Of a stretch of 64,000 bases of DNA, positions 25,795 to 36,168 are shown in pieces; position 1 is the stretch's first letter; each line of letters opens with the position of its first letter. A model generated the notes under the pieces. That model was not told where the DNA came from, ran no database searches, and was given only the letters and a program-made list of their open reading frames with translations. Made by a program: the position numbers and the translations under genes. The DNA is from a phage: assembly GCA_008273105.1 (NCBI GenBank), contig GCA_008273105.1_4080.1; one strand, given 5' to 3'.

Positions 25795-26263
25795 TACTTA
25801 ACAATGCGTTTTTACACAAATCATGAATTTTCATAACTCGAATATAGTTTAACACATCTGTTTCATTAATTTCAAATGGTTTATCTGCATATGTGGACCA
25901 CGTTTGATTTAATTCAATAACAAATGTAATTTTATCTGTATCCATAATATTATCACAAAATCTACGAAAATCTTGCTCTTCATCGGAAAGTCTGAAATTT
26001 AAATCATTTTTTAAACCATTAACTGTGAAGCAAATACCAGTACTGTAACCGATGCAAATATCTTCAATATCATATAATCCATAAATTAATTTAGAGATAA
26101 ACGTGCTATATTTGTTTCTATGATAATAGTTTAATATTTCTTGTTTAATATTAATTTCAATATCAGTAGTTTTTTGTAATGTAAGTTTAATTAATTCTAA
26201 TGTCTTGATTATGTTATCTAACCAGATATTAGTATCATCTATACTTAGGTGTGTGTATTTCAT
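25739..26263 (-). CDS. hypothetical protein (174 aa)
   Basis: Track ORF; overlaps the cd start so internal start possible. Confidence 0.45.
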   Translation of the reverse strand: MKYTHLSIDDTNIWLDNIIKTLELIKLTLQKTTDIEINIKQEILNYYHRNKYSTFISKLIYGLYDIEDICIGYSTGICFTVNGLKNDLNFRLSDEEQDFRRFCDNIMDTDKITFVIELNQTWSTYADKPFEINETDVLNYIRVMKIHDLCKNALLSIGAYNETYDLVEDSRSSC

Positions 26264-26789
26264 TATGTCCCTCTAGATTCCAATCATCAACGAGTTTAGA
26301 ACAAACTTCCATATGATTATAGTACTTTTCATCCAATACATACGGTTTATTATGATATTGTCGTACATCAGTGAATATATCATAATTTCTATATATGAAT
26401 GACATATTTTTATGCATTAATTCTATAGTTTTCCAAATTTTCTCAATATCATATAGAATTGTTTCTAATGACAAACCTGTTAACTTGGAAATTCTTTCAA
26501 CTTTAAACCCTGATAACATCATAGTACTGTTGTGTTTAGTTAAGTAACTATATCCAATAGAACTATGTATTAACTCAATACTATCAGTGTATGTGATTGT
26601 TTTTAGAAATGATTTTATATTTCTATTAAACCAATACCACTTTTTGTTTTTATTATAACAACTATACCATTTCTTCAATATATCAATTGCTTCAGAATTA
26701 ATTTTTAAAGCAAATTCATCAATTAAAAACATATGATGGTAAAAAATATCACTTTGTTCTTCAGTTAAATTATATTGCTGCATATTCAC
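26235..26789 (-). CDS. hypothetical protein (184 aa)
   Basis: Track ORF. Confidence 0.5.
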   Translation of the reverse strand: MNMQQYNLTEEQSDIFYHHMFLIDEFALKINSEAIDILKKWYSCYNKNKKWYWFNRNIKSFLKTITYTDSIELIHSSIGYSYLTKHNSTMMLSGFKVERISKLTGLSLETILYDIEKIWKTIELMHKNMSFIYRNYDIFTDVRQYHNKPYVLDEKYYNHMEVCSKLVDDWNLEGHNEIHTPKYR

Positions 26790-26909
26790 CTACCCTAGTA
26801 ACAATGATTCCTTGGGTATTTAGCTCATATAGATCAAAATATGATCAATGGAAAATTGATATACAGCAATAAAAATAGGAATCCCATGATAGGATTCCTT
26901 TTCACAATA

Positions 26910-27356
26910 TTATTTTTGATATGGGGTGTACTGATATTTTTCACAATCAGCGACAGTTAGAACACCTTCATCATAACCATATTGAAGTACAAGGTCAAAT
27001 GCTTTATCAACCATAGCAACAACATCTTTATAACGAACAATCTTATGAGATTGATTCTCAACTGCTTTCATAATCCCCATTAGCAACCAGCGACCTTCAT
27101 CGGTGTGTAATTTAGCAAAGCGTGGACGCTTTGTCGCTGCCATAATATCAGTCCATTCAGCTTTAAAAATGTGTGGACGTTTTGGAATATCATATAGTGT
27201 AGTAGGGAAAGTTACATTATTTTTCTTCATTGCTTCTGCTTGTGCTGCACGATAGCCCTGACGATATAATGGATGCTGCATTTTTAGCTGTTCAGCACTT
27301 AGAACTACTTTTGCTTTGTATGCGTCATAACCATCTTTATATTGTGCATTGGACAT
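26910..27356 (-). CDS. hypothetical protein (148 aa)
   Basis: Track ORF. Confidence 0.5.
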   Translation of the reverse strand: MSNAQYKDGYDAYKAKVVLSAEQLKMQHPLYRQGYRAAQAEAMKKNNVTFPTTLYDIPKRPHIFKAEWTDIMAATKRPRFAKLHTDEGRWLLMGIMKAVENQSHKIVRYKDVVAMVDKAFDLVLQYGYDEGVLTVADCEKYQYTPYQK

Positions 27357-27357
27357 A

Positions 27358-27675
27358 TTATTCTTTTACCTCATCAGTTTGAATGTATTTTTTGTCAGAG
27401 AATGTACCGTGTTCTTTACGCACAGCTTCTGCATGTTGAACCGCATCAACTGGATTAATGTTCTTTTTAATTAGTACTTCCTTCATTAATTCAAGTACAA
27501 TTGCAAAACCATTCAGCACACGCTCAGATTCATCTACATTTTTTAATTCAAGTGCTACTGCACTAATTTGATCGAACGCAACATTAATAAAATCGGAATC
27601 TTCTAATACATTTGCTACTTCCGTATTATTACGTACTAGTACTTTCATATAATCTCCACAAAGATGATGCCCCAT
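27358..27675 (-). CDS. hypothetical protein (105 aa)
   Basis: Track ORF. Confidence 0.5.
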   Translation of the reverse strand: MGHHLCGDYMKVLVRNNTEVANVLEDSDFINVAFDQISAVALELKNVDESERVLNGFAIVLELMKEVLIKKNINPVDAVQHAEAVRKEHGTFSDKKYIQTDEVKE

Positions 27676-27696
27676 ATTGAGGCATCACAATCTATC

Positions 27697-28392
27697 TTAC
27701 ACCCACTCTTCTACACCGCCGCGACGCTTAACTAAGTACTTACCTTCTTCGTTACGTGGTCCAAGAATAATACCATCAATGAAACCATGTTCACCATATT
27801 CAAGTGCTTCTTCTGCATTTAACCACAAATCGCGGTCAGCATCTTTTAGTAATTGTTCATGTGATACACCTACAGCTTCTGCAATTTCTTTGGTCAACAA
27901 TGTATTCAGTGCATCAGAATGTTGTAGGGAAATCTTCTGGTCTGTAATTAGACCTTGTGTACCAGAACTTACTTGGTGACACATGAAGTATGAGCGTTTA
28001 CCACCTAAACGGAAACCTTTAGTCCCAATAACAGATTGTGTATAGCAACCCATTGATGCTGCATAACCCATAACTACAGTGCGAATTGGGGAAATACAAG
28101 ACTTAGCAACATCTGCAATACCCAAACCTGCGTGTACTGAACCACCCGGTGAACTAATGTAGAATGTAATAGGGGAATCACCTTGTGAGTCTAACCATAC
28201 CAATTGTTGTTTGATGATATGTGCCATTTGATCATTGAAATCAGTATCAAGGAAAATGATACGGTCTTGCATCATACGAGATGCTAGATCATATGTACGT
28301 TCTGAACCATTAACTTTCTCAACTACGTAAGGAATAGAAATGTTACGTACTTCGCCATTAGCATAACCACCAAACATGAATTGTTCAACCAT
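27697..28392 (-). CDS. clpP: ATP-dependent Clp protease proteolytic subunit homolog (ClpP)
   Basis: ISSPGGSVHAGLGIADV...VVMGYAASMGCY...FMCHQVSSG...DADRDLWL aligns block-for-block with ClpP including the Ser, His and Asp triad positions. Confidence 0.8.
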   Translation of the reverse strand: MVEQFMFGGYANGEVRNISIPYVVEKVNGSERTYDLASRMMQDRIIFLDTDFNDQMAHIIKQQLVWLDSQGDSPITFYISSPGGSVHAGLGIADVAKSCISPIRTVVMGYAASMGCYTQSVIGTKGFRLGGKRSYFMCHQVSSGTQGLITDQKISLQHSDALNTLLTKEIAEAVGVSHEQLLKDADRDLWLNAEEALEYGEHGFIDGIILGPRNEEGKYLVKRRGGVEEWV

Positions 28393-28456
28393 TGTTAATT
28401 TCCTCTATTATTTCGTTGTAGTGAGTATTATATCACTAAGATTTAAAATGTCCAAA

Positions 28457-28897
28457 CTATTTTACTGGAATATTTGAAAAGAAATCAGTCATCCAATACG
28501 CCGTTTCTTTGTTGAATAATACTGGATCAAACTTAAGTAACTCAACATGACTTGTATCATACACGCTTGTATCGGTAATGTCAAACAAAGTTTTAGTACT
28601 GAATAGTGGATTACTCACTAGAAAGTAGTAATCAGCAGTAGTGCTAATGTCATCATAAAACACACCGTCATACCATCCATCATCATATACATAAACAGAA
28701 TCGTCATGAAGATAGTAAACTTCTATATGTAAACTCAAGTTCTTCATGGTTTCAATCATTTTTGCCGTATGAGGATTTAACTTATTGACATTTTCAAACA
28801 CATAAGAGTGTTTTTTATTCATATCAACAAATGAAAATATTCGTACTGAACGTATATTCATATTACTCCAAATAAACAAGTGAATTAATGAAATCAT
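28457..28897 (-). CDS. hypothetical protein (146 aa)
   Basis: Track ORF. Confidence 0.5.
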   Translation of the reverse strand: MISLIHLFIWSNMNIRSVRIFSFVDMNKKHSYVFENVNKLNPHTAKMIETMKNLSLHIEVYYLHDDSVYVYDDGWYDGVFYDDISTTADYYFLVSNPLFSTKTLFDITDTSVYDTSHVELLKFDPVLFNKETAYWMTDFFSNIPVK

Positions 28898-29246
28898 ATT
28901 TCAATTTATCATCAACATAATTCAAATCAACTTTAATCATCGGAGCATGGGAACGTATAGACAGTGTTTCCATAAAGTACTGATTAAGTTTGTATGTATG
29001 GAAAAGATGAATATCTCGTTTCAATACCACCATTACTTCCCCGAACAGATCACAGAGTTCAACTTCAGTGTTAGTTGGGTCAAACCCATAACGATTCTTT
29101 AATGTACGTGGTTCTTTATTTCGATAATAATGCACAGCTTTATTACTATTCACTAACAAGTGATGATATGCATTACTATAAACTGAGCAAATAACTCGGC
29201 TTGGATAATTGGTATATTCTGGTAGTTCAAAATAAATTAATGACAC
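28863..29246 (-). CDS. hypothetical protein (127 aa)
   Basis: Track ORF; overlaps neighbour. Confidence 0.45.
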   Translation of the reverse strand: MSLIYFELPEYTNYPSRVICSVYSNAYHHLLVNSNKAVHYYRNKEPRTLKNRYGFDPTNTEVELCDLFGEVMVVLKRDIHLFHTYKLNQYFMETLSIRSHAPMIKVDLNYVDDKLKYDFINSLVYLE

Positions 29247-29258
29247 AATATCCTCTCA

Positions 29259-30050
29259 TTAAATTTCAAATACAAATTTAGGATTGTAATCAAAATTCTC
29301 ACAAGCTCCACTGTATGATTCATAGCCTCGTGGATTACAAATGATACGTGTCTTACCAATGTGGTAGTCAAAACTACTATGAACATGACCATGAATCCAA
29401 ACATCAGCACCCAAATCTTCAATGTACTGATCCATATCGGAACAGTAACAACCATTCAGTGAATCATTTTTATATTTTGGTGAAACACTTTGATAACTTG
29501 GTGCGTGATGGGTAACCACGATTACCTTGAAATCATTATCATGCATAAAGCGAACTGTGTCAATAGAATTTTTGATAAATTGTTTATCTTTGTGATGCAT
29601 AAACTCAGTATCATCTGGTGTCAGTTTCTTACGCCAAGGCTCTGATGTTGTTCCATGACGGATATGTTTGTAATCGTTCATCTTCAGACGAGCATCAAAC
29701 TTCGTCAAAGAATTACCTTTATCGAAGTCTGTCCACAGAGTACTACCAACAAGCAGTACTCCATCCAGCCATACAAATTTGTTTTGCAAAAAGATGAAAT
29801 TAGGAATCTCATCTTGCATATCGGACAGTACTTTATGCGTTTTGTGGATATTGGAACCATAATATTCATGATTGCCAGGAACCAGTACTACATTCTTAAA
29901 CTGCTTACATAGTGATTCTATACCAGTACGGTAACGACTGCGTTTAACTTCATCGAAGTCCCCAGCAATAATCAGTACTGTATCACTGTAATCACCACTA
30001 TGGAGGTAATCAGTACCACCGTGTACGTCAGACGTTACAACAAATTTCAT
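29259..30050 (-). CDS. calcineurin-like metallophosphoesterase
   Basis: DVHGG, IIAGDFDE, VPGNHEY, VVTHHAP, WIHGHVH metal-binding motifs in canonical order. Confidence 0.7.
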   Translation of the reverse strand: MKFVVTSDVHGGTDYLHSGDYSDTVLIIAGDFDEVKRSRYRTGIESLCKQFKNVVLVPGNHEYYGSNIHKTHKVLSDMQDEIPNFIFLQNKFVWLDGVLLVGSTLWTDFDKGNSLTKFDARLKMNDYKHIRHGTTSEPWRKKLTPDDTEFMHHKDKQFIKNSIDTVRFMHDNDFKVIVVTHHAPSYQSVSPKYKNDSLNGCYCSDMDQYIEDLGADVWIHGHVHSSFDYHIGKTRIICNPRGYESYSGACENFDYNPKFVFEI

Positions 30051-30069
30051 AATTACCTCCTATAAGTGT

Positions 30070-31488
30070 TTAGCCAAGTGATTCAATGATACTGTTTGAG
30101 AACACCTCAACAGCACTATCACGAATTTCTAAAATACGAGTATAGTCGTCACAAGTGTTTTTGTCAAATCTAAATTCAATAAACACTGGTAAGAACAGTG
30201 ATGGCTCACCAGTACGCTTGTCGAATACAATGTCATTACACTCAACTGTAACCACTTTACCAATAAGTTCTTGCATTCTTTCCCAAATGGTTTTAAATGT
30301 CCATTCAGCATCTTTCTCTTTGATACCAGTACCCACATTAACTTTCAATGAACCACAAGCACTTTCCAGTTGTAAAGAACCTAGGCTTCCTTTACGTTTA
30401 CCTTCACCTTCATTGAAACCAACAATACGCAAGTCTAGTTGCATTTTCAATTTCATTTTCAACTGCTTCGGAGAAGTGTGAGATTTCCAGATACCATCTT
30501 CACATTTCAGTACTGAACCCTCTTCACCTTCGTTCATTAGTTCACTATTGTACTCAAATGCTTCTTTGATGTTTAGAACTTTACGGAATCCAACCATACG
30601 AACAAAATCACTATTGAGTTCGTTAATTGCATCTACTAAGATCTCGCGACGTTCTTTACGTTTTACATCCCATACACCTTCACAAAATGCATCATATGGA
30701 ACAACATCCCATAGAACGAATACAGTACGCATTGCTTCATTCTGACTGATGCTATCTTTACCAGCTTTCTGAATTATACCGTTGCCAGTAGTGCGTGGGA
30801 GAATGGTTTCCCCATCATTGTCCAGTACTACACCTTCCCCCATAAAGACCACACCACTACTAAAACGTTCATCTTTACTTTGGATGATGTGAGCAAGACC
30901 TGCCATCTCACCATCACGACAACCCAGGAAGTCGTATAGTTTACCATTACGGGATGTAGAAGTTAATGAACCATTAATAACAACGTGGTTCAAGTACTGA
31001 CCATCCATTTTCACTTCTGATATAGCGTAACCATAATCTTTGAAGTTGATGTTCTTTGCAGTCTTTTTGTCAATCAAAGAACAACGCATATATGGTTCGT
31101 CTTTAATAAAGCCTTTACCAAATACATCATTGCAGTTCTTTTCTTGAATACCACAATCAAGGTTTTTAGTAAGCATTTTACGGAGAACTTCCTGATCATC
31201 TTCAGATACAGAACCCAGTACTGAAGCAATGAAATCACGCCCCGCATTTCCTGTCACATCACGCTTGTAAATGCATTCTAGCTTATCAATTGCTTCATCT
31301 AACGTCATATGTTGATATACGTCATCAGCGGCAGGGAGCTTCTTATAGCCACTAACGATAGAAGGGTCTAGAGTATATTTCAGTACTTTTTGTAAAGTTA
31401 CATTATCTTTATTTTGTTCAAGAATAGCTTTTTTGCCTAGTGTACTGCTAGTATTTTTAATGCTTTCAAGAATTGCTAAAATGCTCAT
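30070..31488 (-). CDS. ATP-dependent DNA ligase (T4 gp30-like)
   Basis: 472 aa; N-terminus MSILAILESIKNTSSTLGKKAILEQNKDN closely parallels T4 DNA ligase; adenylation motif I EVKMDGQ (KxDG). Confidence 0.85.
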   Translation of the reverse strand: MSILAILESIKNTSSTLGKKAILEQNKDNVTLQKVLKYTLDPSIVSGYKKLPAADDVYQHMTLDEAIDKLECIYKRDVTGNAGRDFIASVLGSVSEDDQEVLRKMLTKNLDCGIQEKNCNDVFGKGFIKDEPYMRCSLIDKKTAKNINFKDYGYAISEVKMDGQYLNHVVINGSLTSTSRNGKLYDFLGCRDGEMAGLAHIIQSKDERFSSGVVFMGEGVVLDNDGETILPRTTGNGIIQKAGKDSISQNEAMRTVFVLWDVVPYDAFCEGVWDVKRKERREILVDAINELNSDFVRMVGFRKVLNIKEAFEYNSELMNEGEEGSVLKCEDGIWKSHTSPKQLKMKLKMQLDLRIVGFNEGEGKRKGSLGSLQLESACGSLKVNVGTGIKEKDAEWTFKTIWERMQELIGKVVTVECNDIVFDKRTGEPSLFLPVFIEFRFDKNTCDDYTRILEIRDSAVEVFSNSIIESLG

Positions 31489-31499
31489 TGTATATTCCT

Positions 31500-32702
31500 T
31501 TATAGATAATACTTTCCAATATAAAGTGGATTACTAATTGATAGTTGAACGTGACACGGCTTATCTTGGTAGTAACGAGAACTTGATGTTTTGCGTTCAT
31601 TTGGTGGGAAGAATGGGGAACGATAGCCATTCCATGTACTAAATGATGAGTGTTCATTAATATCAACATCCATTACCATAATCCCATTATCATCAATTTG
31701 AACTGGATATGCACTAAAGCGTTCAAATTTATCATTATAATGGATATTATAATCTCCACTACGCCCATAATAACTACGCGTTGTATTATTACTTACACCA
31801 AAAAATACGCGATATGTTTGTTCATTATCTTTAGTCATAAATGGTACGTTCTCGTTGAAACGTCCATTATTCATAAGATCATCAACATTTATTTCTTCAT
31901 ATTTAATTTTTAGGTCTTTTGCTTTAAATGATTTATTGTGTACCAGTACTGGAATGTTAGATTCACCTAATGGGTTATGTCTGTTTGTTCTATAGCTTTG
32001 CCAAAATTCATTAGCAAGTTTAATTTCTTCATCTGCCGTAGTCTTCTTATTCAAGAGTGCACGAGGTTCAAGATTGTAATTATCCAAACGTTGATTCAAT
32101 GCATAAGTTCCACGAGTACTGTTAAAAAGTAAATGATAAACTGAACTTTTGTCGGGATATGCAAATTCTTTAGTTTTCTTTATACAAATTGCATGTACTT
32201 TACCGCAGTAATAGTAATCTTCTTTAAGATAAGTGAAACCATCACCAACTTTAAGACCTGCTACAGTTTCTTTTTGTTGTTCTTTTTTATTTTCTTTTTC
32301 AACTAACTTAGCAAACGTTTTTGTTTTACCATTAATTAATTCTAAGTTATTGTTGAAAAACATTGGGTCTACAAAAACACCTTTGATTATATCGTTATTG
32401 ATAATTAAATCATTCATGTTTTTTGCACTAATCATAAATTCAAATCCTTCTGGGTGACGGATCGTGAAATATGTTTCTCGTGCATGAGTTGTTAATTTAT
32501 CAACTACACAAAATCCCGTAGTTGGAACGTTGTCAATATATAACGATGGAAGATTGTTCTTCTTTGCCCAGTACTCTGCTCTCTCTTTCTTTGTTTCAAA
32601 CGCTTTTGTATGTGATTTTGTTGCATCGATAATAAAACCATCAACTTGGTTGTGGTTTACATAGGAACGTGCAACAAATAACTTCTCTGGAAAATCCATC
32701 AA
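31500..32702 (-). CDS. hypothetical protein (400 aa)
   Basis: Track ORF immediately upstream of the ligase; no motif recognised. Confidence 0.5.
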   Translation of the reverse strand: MMDFPEKLFVARSYVNHNQVDGFIIDATKSHTKAFETKKERAEYWAKKNNLPSLYIDNVPTTGFCVVDKLTTHARETYFTIRHPEGFEFMISAKNMNDLIINNDIIKGVFVDPMFFNNNLELINGKTKTFAKLVEKENKKEQQKETVAGLKVGDGFTYLKEDYYYCGKVHAICIKKTKEFAYPDKSSVYHLLFNSTRGTYALNQRLDNYNLEPRALLNKKTTADEEIKLANEFWQSYRTNRHNPLGESNIPVLVHNKSFKAKDLKIKYEEINVDDLMNNGRFNENVPFMTKDNEQTYRVFFGVSNNTTRSYYGRSGDYNIHYNDKFERFSAYPVQIDDNGIMVMDVDINEHSSFSTWNGYRSPFFPPNERKTSSSRYYQDKPCHVQLSISNPLYIGKYYL

Positions 32703-33118
32703 ATTGTCCTCATTGTGCTGATTGCTTTTAATGTGTCAAACAATGCACCATATTTTACTTGCATTAGTTGATCACCAGCAGGAAGATTCATACGCATAAC
32801 AGCCATGTCTTCAATCATTTCAGACGTACACAGTACTGCTACACAGGTAATAGCATCATTCAATCCAGCTTCATTGAATTTGGCAAACGGAACTTTTCCC
32901 TGTTTGCTAAGGTTGTTATAATAAGAATTTAACTTATCATGTCCACCAGCATTTAGTACTACAATAGTTTCGTGTTCATAGTACCATTCATCAATAATAG
33001 TACTGAAAGCAGTACCTTCATATTCTTTAATTAGTTTAACACCAGCATGGAATGCTTGAATACCAGCTTGGACACCTTGGCAGTACATATTAGTTAAACA
33101 ATACAATTTCATTTCCAT
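32699..33118 (-). CDS. hypothetical protein (139 aa)
   Basis: Track ORF. Confidence 0.5.
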   Translation of the reverse strand: MEMKLYCLTNMYCQGVQAGIQAFHAGVKLIKEYEGTAFSTIIDEWYYEHETIVVLNAGGHDKLNSYYNNLSKQGKVPFAKFNEAGLNDAITCVAVLCTSEMIEDMAVMRMNLPAGDQLMQVKYGALFDTLKAISTMRTI

Positions 33119-33336
33119 ACCTCTTGTTTTTCTACGTAGCCTTTCCCATCACAGTGTGGACAAGCATAAAAGCTGCGGTAATCTTCTGACGGTACTTGTT
33201 GTGTTCCATTACATGTAGGACATACTTTACGTGCACCCGAAATAATACGTTCATGGTGTTCAGCTTGTTTAGCTGAATCAAAAATACGACCATCTTCAGT
33301 TTGGTATTTTTCTACCATAACTTGAATTACTTTCAT
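33109..33336 (-). CDS. zinc-ribbon protein (75 aa)
   Basis: CPTCNG ... CPHCDG paired CxxC motifs. Confidence 0.5.
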   Translation of the reverse strand: MKVIQVMVEKYQTEDGRIFDSAKQAEHHERIISGARKVCPTCNGTQQVPSEDYRSFYACPHCDGKGYVEKQEVWK

Positions 33337-33346
33337 TTCTATTTCC

Positions 33347-33616
33347 TTATAAAAATGTTAAATCTTCAGTACTTAATTGTGATAATTTACCATCATATTC
33401 AATTTCAACATATACATTTTGGTCATAAACAGCAACTACACGTTTAATAACTCCAATCTTCACGACATTCTTTTTGTAGTTGAACTCAACTGAACAACCA
33501 ATAAGTTTATTTGATAGAATCTCACGTATTTGATTAGCATGGTCTTTTAGGATAGAATTAATAGATTTTTTCATAATATATCTATCATTCAAATATTTTT
33601 TAACTACATCATGCAT
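33347..33616 (-). CDS. hypothetical small protein (89 aa)
   Basis: Track ORF; resembles other about 90-aa ORFs in the window. Confidence 0.45.
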   Translation of the reverse strand: MHDVVKKYLNDRYIMKKSINSILKDHANQIREILSNKLIGCSVEFNYKKNVVKIGVIKRVVAVYDQNVYVEIEYDGKLSQLSTEDLTFL

Positions 33617-33621
33617 AATTA

Positions 33622-34380
33622 TTACCTTTTGAAACGATTGAATGAGTACTCATCTTTTTCTTTACGTAAGTATCTCATTCCACCACTTTGTGGAGTAGCG
33701 AGAGTTAAGTCACCCGTCAAGAACTGACTATCAATCCAAATGCGATTACCGTAAATTAGTGGATCTGTAACTGCTGTATGTCCACTAAAGACACAATGCA
33801 CTCCATCTAACTTAGGTGCATAATATGTATTATTAGTTCTACAATAATCGAATGTTTTTCTATCCCACAAGCACTTATCAATTATATCAGCACTAAGTGA
33901 TTTTGTCCCATTAACAAATCGTTCCCATGTTGTATATTCCAACGGAACTCCAGCATGAACTAACCCAATCTTCAATCCTCGGTGATTGATTTGGATAATC
34001 ATAGGGAGATCCTTTAAGTACTGACGAAAGAATTGAATGCCTGTTCCTCCAACTTCATCAAGGAATTTATCACCACCATTACTTATCCAACAATGATACC
34101 AATCTCGAAGTGTTTCCGAATCAACGCACATCATCTCATGATTACCCGCAATCATGTAACGATTTTCTCCGAACAAAAATTCAAAAAGGAGCTTTGAATT
34201 TTGTTCTCCACGGTCGATAATATCACCTACACTGAAAACATAATCATTGTGTGTAATACCAAATTCTTTCACTGTAGCATCCCATAGTTTACCATTACCA
34301 TGCAAATCACCTACAATGTATAAATCTTTATCATCAGGTACGGTTACTTCTAAGAAGTGTTTCATTATTACTCCAACCAT
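33622..34380 (-). CDS. PPP-family Ser/Thr protein phosphatase-like metallophosphatase
   Basis: GDLHGN, GDIIDRG, AGNHE motifs in order (lambda phosphatase / ApaH-like). Confidence 0.7.
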   Translation of the reverse strand: MVGVIMKHFLEVTVPDDKDLYIVGDLHGNGKLWDATVKEFGITHNDYVFSVGDIIDRGEQNSKLLFEFLFGENRYMIAGNHEMMCVDSETLRDWYHCWISNGGDKFLDEVGGTGIQFFRQYLKDLPMIIQINHRGLKIGLVHAGVPLEYTTWERFVNGTKSLSADIIDKCLWDRKTFDYCRTNNTYYAPKLDGVHCVFSGHTAVTDPLIYGNRIWIDSQFLTGDLTLATPQSGGMRYLRKEKDEYSFNRFKR

Positions 34381-34619
34381 ATAATATTAGTGTGTTTAGT
34401 AACTTGTGTTCCAGCAAAAGAACCATCTTTAAGATAAGTATTAATTTTAAAACGCCATTCACCACCACTAATATACATATCAGTAATAATATACTTTCCA
34501 TACCCTCTGGAGTTTATTAATCGTACTTCTTGACCAATATATTTTGGCTTCAGATCATTTATAAAATCATCAGCCAAAGACATAAGATATCGCAGATGTG
34601 ATAAGTCAGTGTTGAACAT
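34368..34619 (-). CDS. hypothetical small protein (83 aa)
   Basis: Track ORF. Confidence 0.45.
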   Translation of the reverse strand: MFNTDLSHLRYLMSLADDFINDLKPKYIGQEVRLINSRGYGKYIITDMYISGGEWRFKINTYLKDGSFAGTQVTKHTNIIWLE

Positions 34620-34834
34620 TATTTCTTTCTCTTATATTTGTTAATAATATCTTGGGTAAGTGAAATAAAAATATATACTAATGTTACAGGCCAAATAATA
34701 GCCATCAGTGCTGCTGTTTGGAGATTCATGATAATCATGATTTCATCTTTAAAACAACCCCAATTGAGTACTAGAAAGTTGGTTATAAATGTAACAAATG
34801 CTACAAATCCATATATTGCAAAAAATGTTATCAT
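34619..34834 (-). CDS. small membrane protein (71 aa)
   Basis: Two hydrophobic helices. Confidence 0.45.
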   Translation of the reverse strand: MITFFAIYGFVAFVTFITNFLVLNWGCFKDEIMIIMNLQTAALMAIIWPVTLVYIFISLTQDIINKYKRKK

Positions 34835-34836
34835 AA

Positions 34837-35166
34837 TTATTCCTCATCATCCACTAAAACAAGATAATCCAAACTCAACTCGGTATCTATGTAACAATCA
34901 CAATTCAAGTACTCAATTTCAGCACCTATAGTTCTCCCATTCTTAAATATCTCAATGATTTTCATTCTAGTATTGGGATTAATGTGTTCAATGTCGTATT
35001 CGTATTCAGGGTCAATATACTCACTTGTCATACGTTTGATGTATTGTTCCGAATATCGTACAGTTTTACCTATAAGATCATTACTCAACGTCTGATAAAA
35101 ATCATCTTGAATTTTGAATAATGACCTATAAAAAATATTATGTTGAATTAGTGGTTTCATTGACAT
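34837..35166 (-). CDS. hypothetical protein (109 aa)
   Basis: Track ORF. Confidence 0.5.
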   Translation of the reverse strand: MSMKPLIQHNIFYRSLFKIQDDFYQTLSNDLIGKTVRYSEQYIKRMTSEYIDPEYEYDIEHINPNTRMKIIEIFKNGRTIGAEIEYLNCDCYIDTELSLDYLVLVDDEE

Positions 35167-35807
35167 TAATCACAACTTCCAGACGATGAACTTGAATCAG
35201 AACTAGAGCTATCATAGGAACAAGAATCAGAGGAAGAACTGCTGTGACGGCTATAATCACTGTAATCATCATTGTTGTAGATTGGTGATGTTACGATTGC
35301 TGCTGCGGTCGCTGCCGTTGCAATTTGTGCAGTATGGTCATGAACATCTAGTTTTGGTTCATCCTTAGATTTACCTTTGTTCTTACCTTTAGTGTAACGA
35401 GCTTTCTTTGCAGTTTTAGTATTTTTCTGTACTTTAGGAGCTTTTGGTTTCACATCTTCAACTACTGGAACTACATTCACTACAACTTTAGGATCAGTTT
35501 CTTCAAGTGTATTATACACTTTAACTTGCATTTGAACTTCAACTTCTTTAACTTCTTCTTTAACTTCTTCTTTAACTTCTGGAATAACTGTTTCTGGTGC
35601 TGGAGTGATTTTATCAAGTTCTTTAGTAATAAAGAAGCTTGTATTTTTCTCACCTAGCATAACAAGAAGACCAATAGCAATCACTGGACTTAGTACTGTA
35701 CCAAGTACTACATAACCTATAACACTTCTGTTATAGTTATATGCAAGCATACCAGAAATAATAATACCGATTACATATGCACTGCTAAGAATGATTGGGG
35801 TTAACAT
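35166..35807 (-). CDS. membrane protein with EEVK repeats, Lys-rich segment and Ser-rich C-terminus
   Basis: Two N-terminal TM helices; EVKEEVKEEVKEVEV repeat; KAPKVQKNTKTAKKARYTKGKNKGKSK; C-terminal SSSSSDSCSYDSSSSDSSSSSGSCD. Confidence 0.5.
   Translation of the reverse strand: MLTPIILSSAYVIGIIISGMLAYNYNRSVIGYVVLGTVLSPVIAIGLLVMLGEKNTSFFITKELDKITPAPETVIPEVKEEVKEEVKEVEVQMQVKVYNTLEETDPKVVVNVVPVVEDVKPKAPKVQKNTKTAKKARYTKGKNKGKSKDEPKLDVHDHTAQIATAATAAAIVTSPIYNNDDYSDYSRHSSSSSDSCSYDSSSSDSSSSSGSCD
35540..35585. repeat. short in-frame tandem repeat (aacttcttcttt units)
   Basis: aacttctttaacttcttctttaacttcttctttaacttc inside the 35166..35807 CDS, encoding the EEVK repeat. Confidence 0.5.
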
Positions 35808-36111
35808 ATTCTACTCCTTTGTATATAAATTTATCAATTTCTTCGATGTATAAAGACGTCCCTGAACGTTCATTTAGAACTAACCAAGCACCAAAACCAC
35901 ATCGAATCTCGGATATATGAAACTCTTCTACACTATAATTCGTATACGCATTAAATGGACATATTTCATCAGATATACTTACCACATAGTTATTACTAAT
36001 TGAATCTAACACCTGGGTATTGTATAAATTATTAGTACTGAAAATGTGCATTAACGAACTAGAAAGCATCTCGGATGTCTTTTCTAAAATTGTTAAAAAC
36101 GAACCATTCAC
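35785..36111 (-). CDS. hypothetical protein (108 aa)
   Basis: Track ORF. Confidence 0.45.
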   Translation of the reverse strand: MNGSFLTILEKTSEMLSSSLMHIFSTNNLYNTQVLDSISNNYVVSISDEICPFNAYTNYSVEEFHISEIRCGFGAWLVLNERSGTSLYIEEIDKFIYKGVEYVNPNHS

Positions 36112-36168
36112 TTCAACTTCTCCACATTGGTGATGTAATCAAATTATATCACCGAATTCTGATACGTC

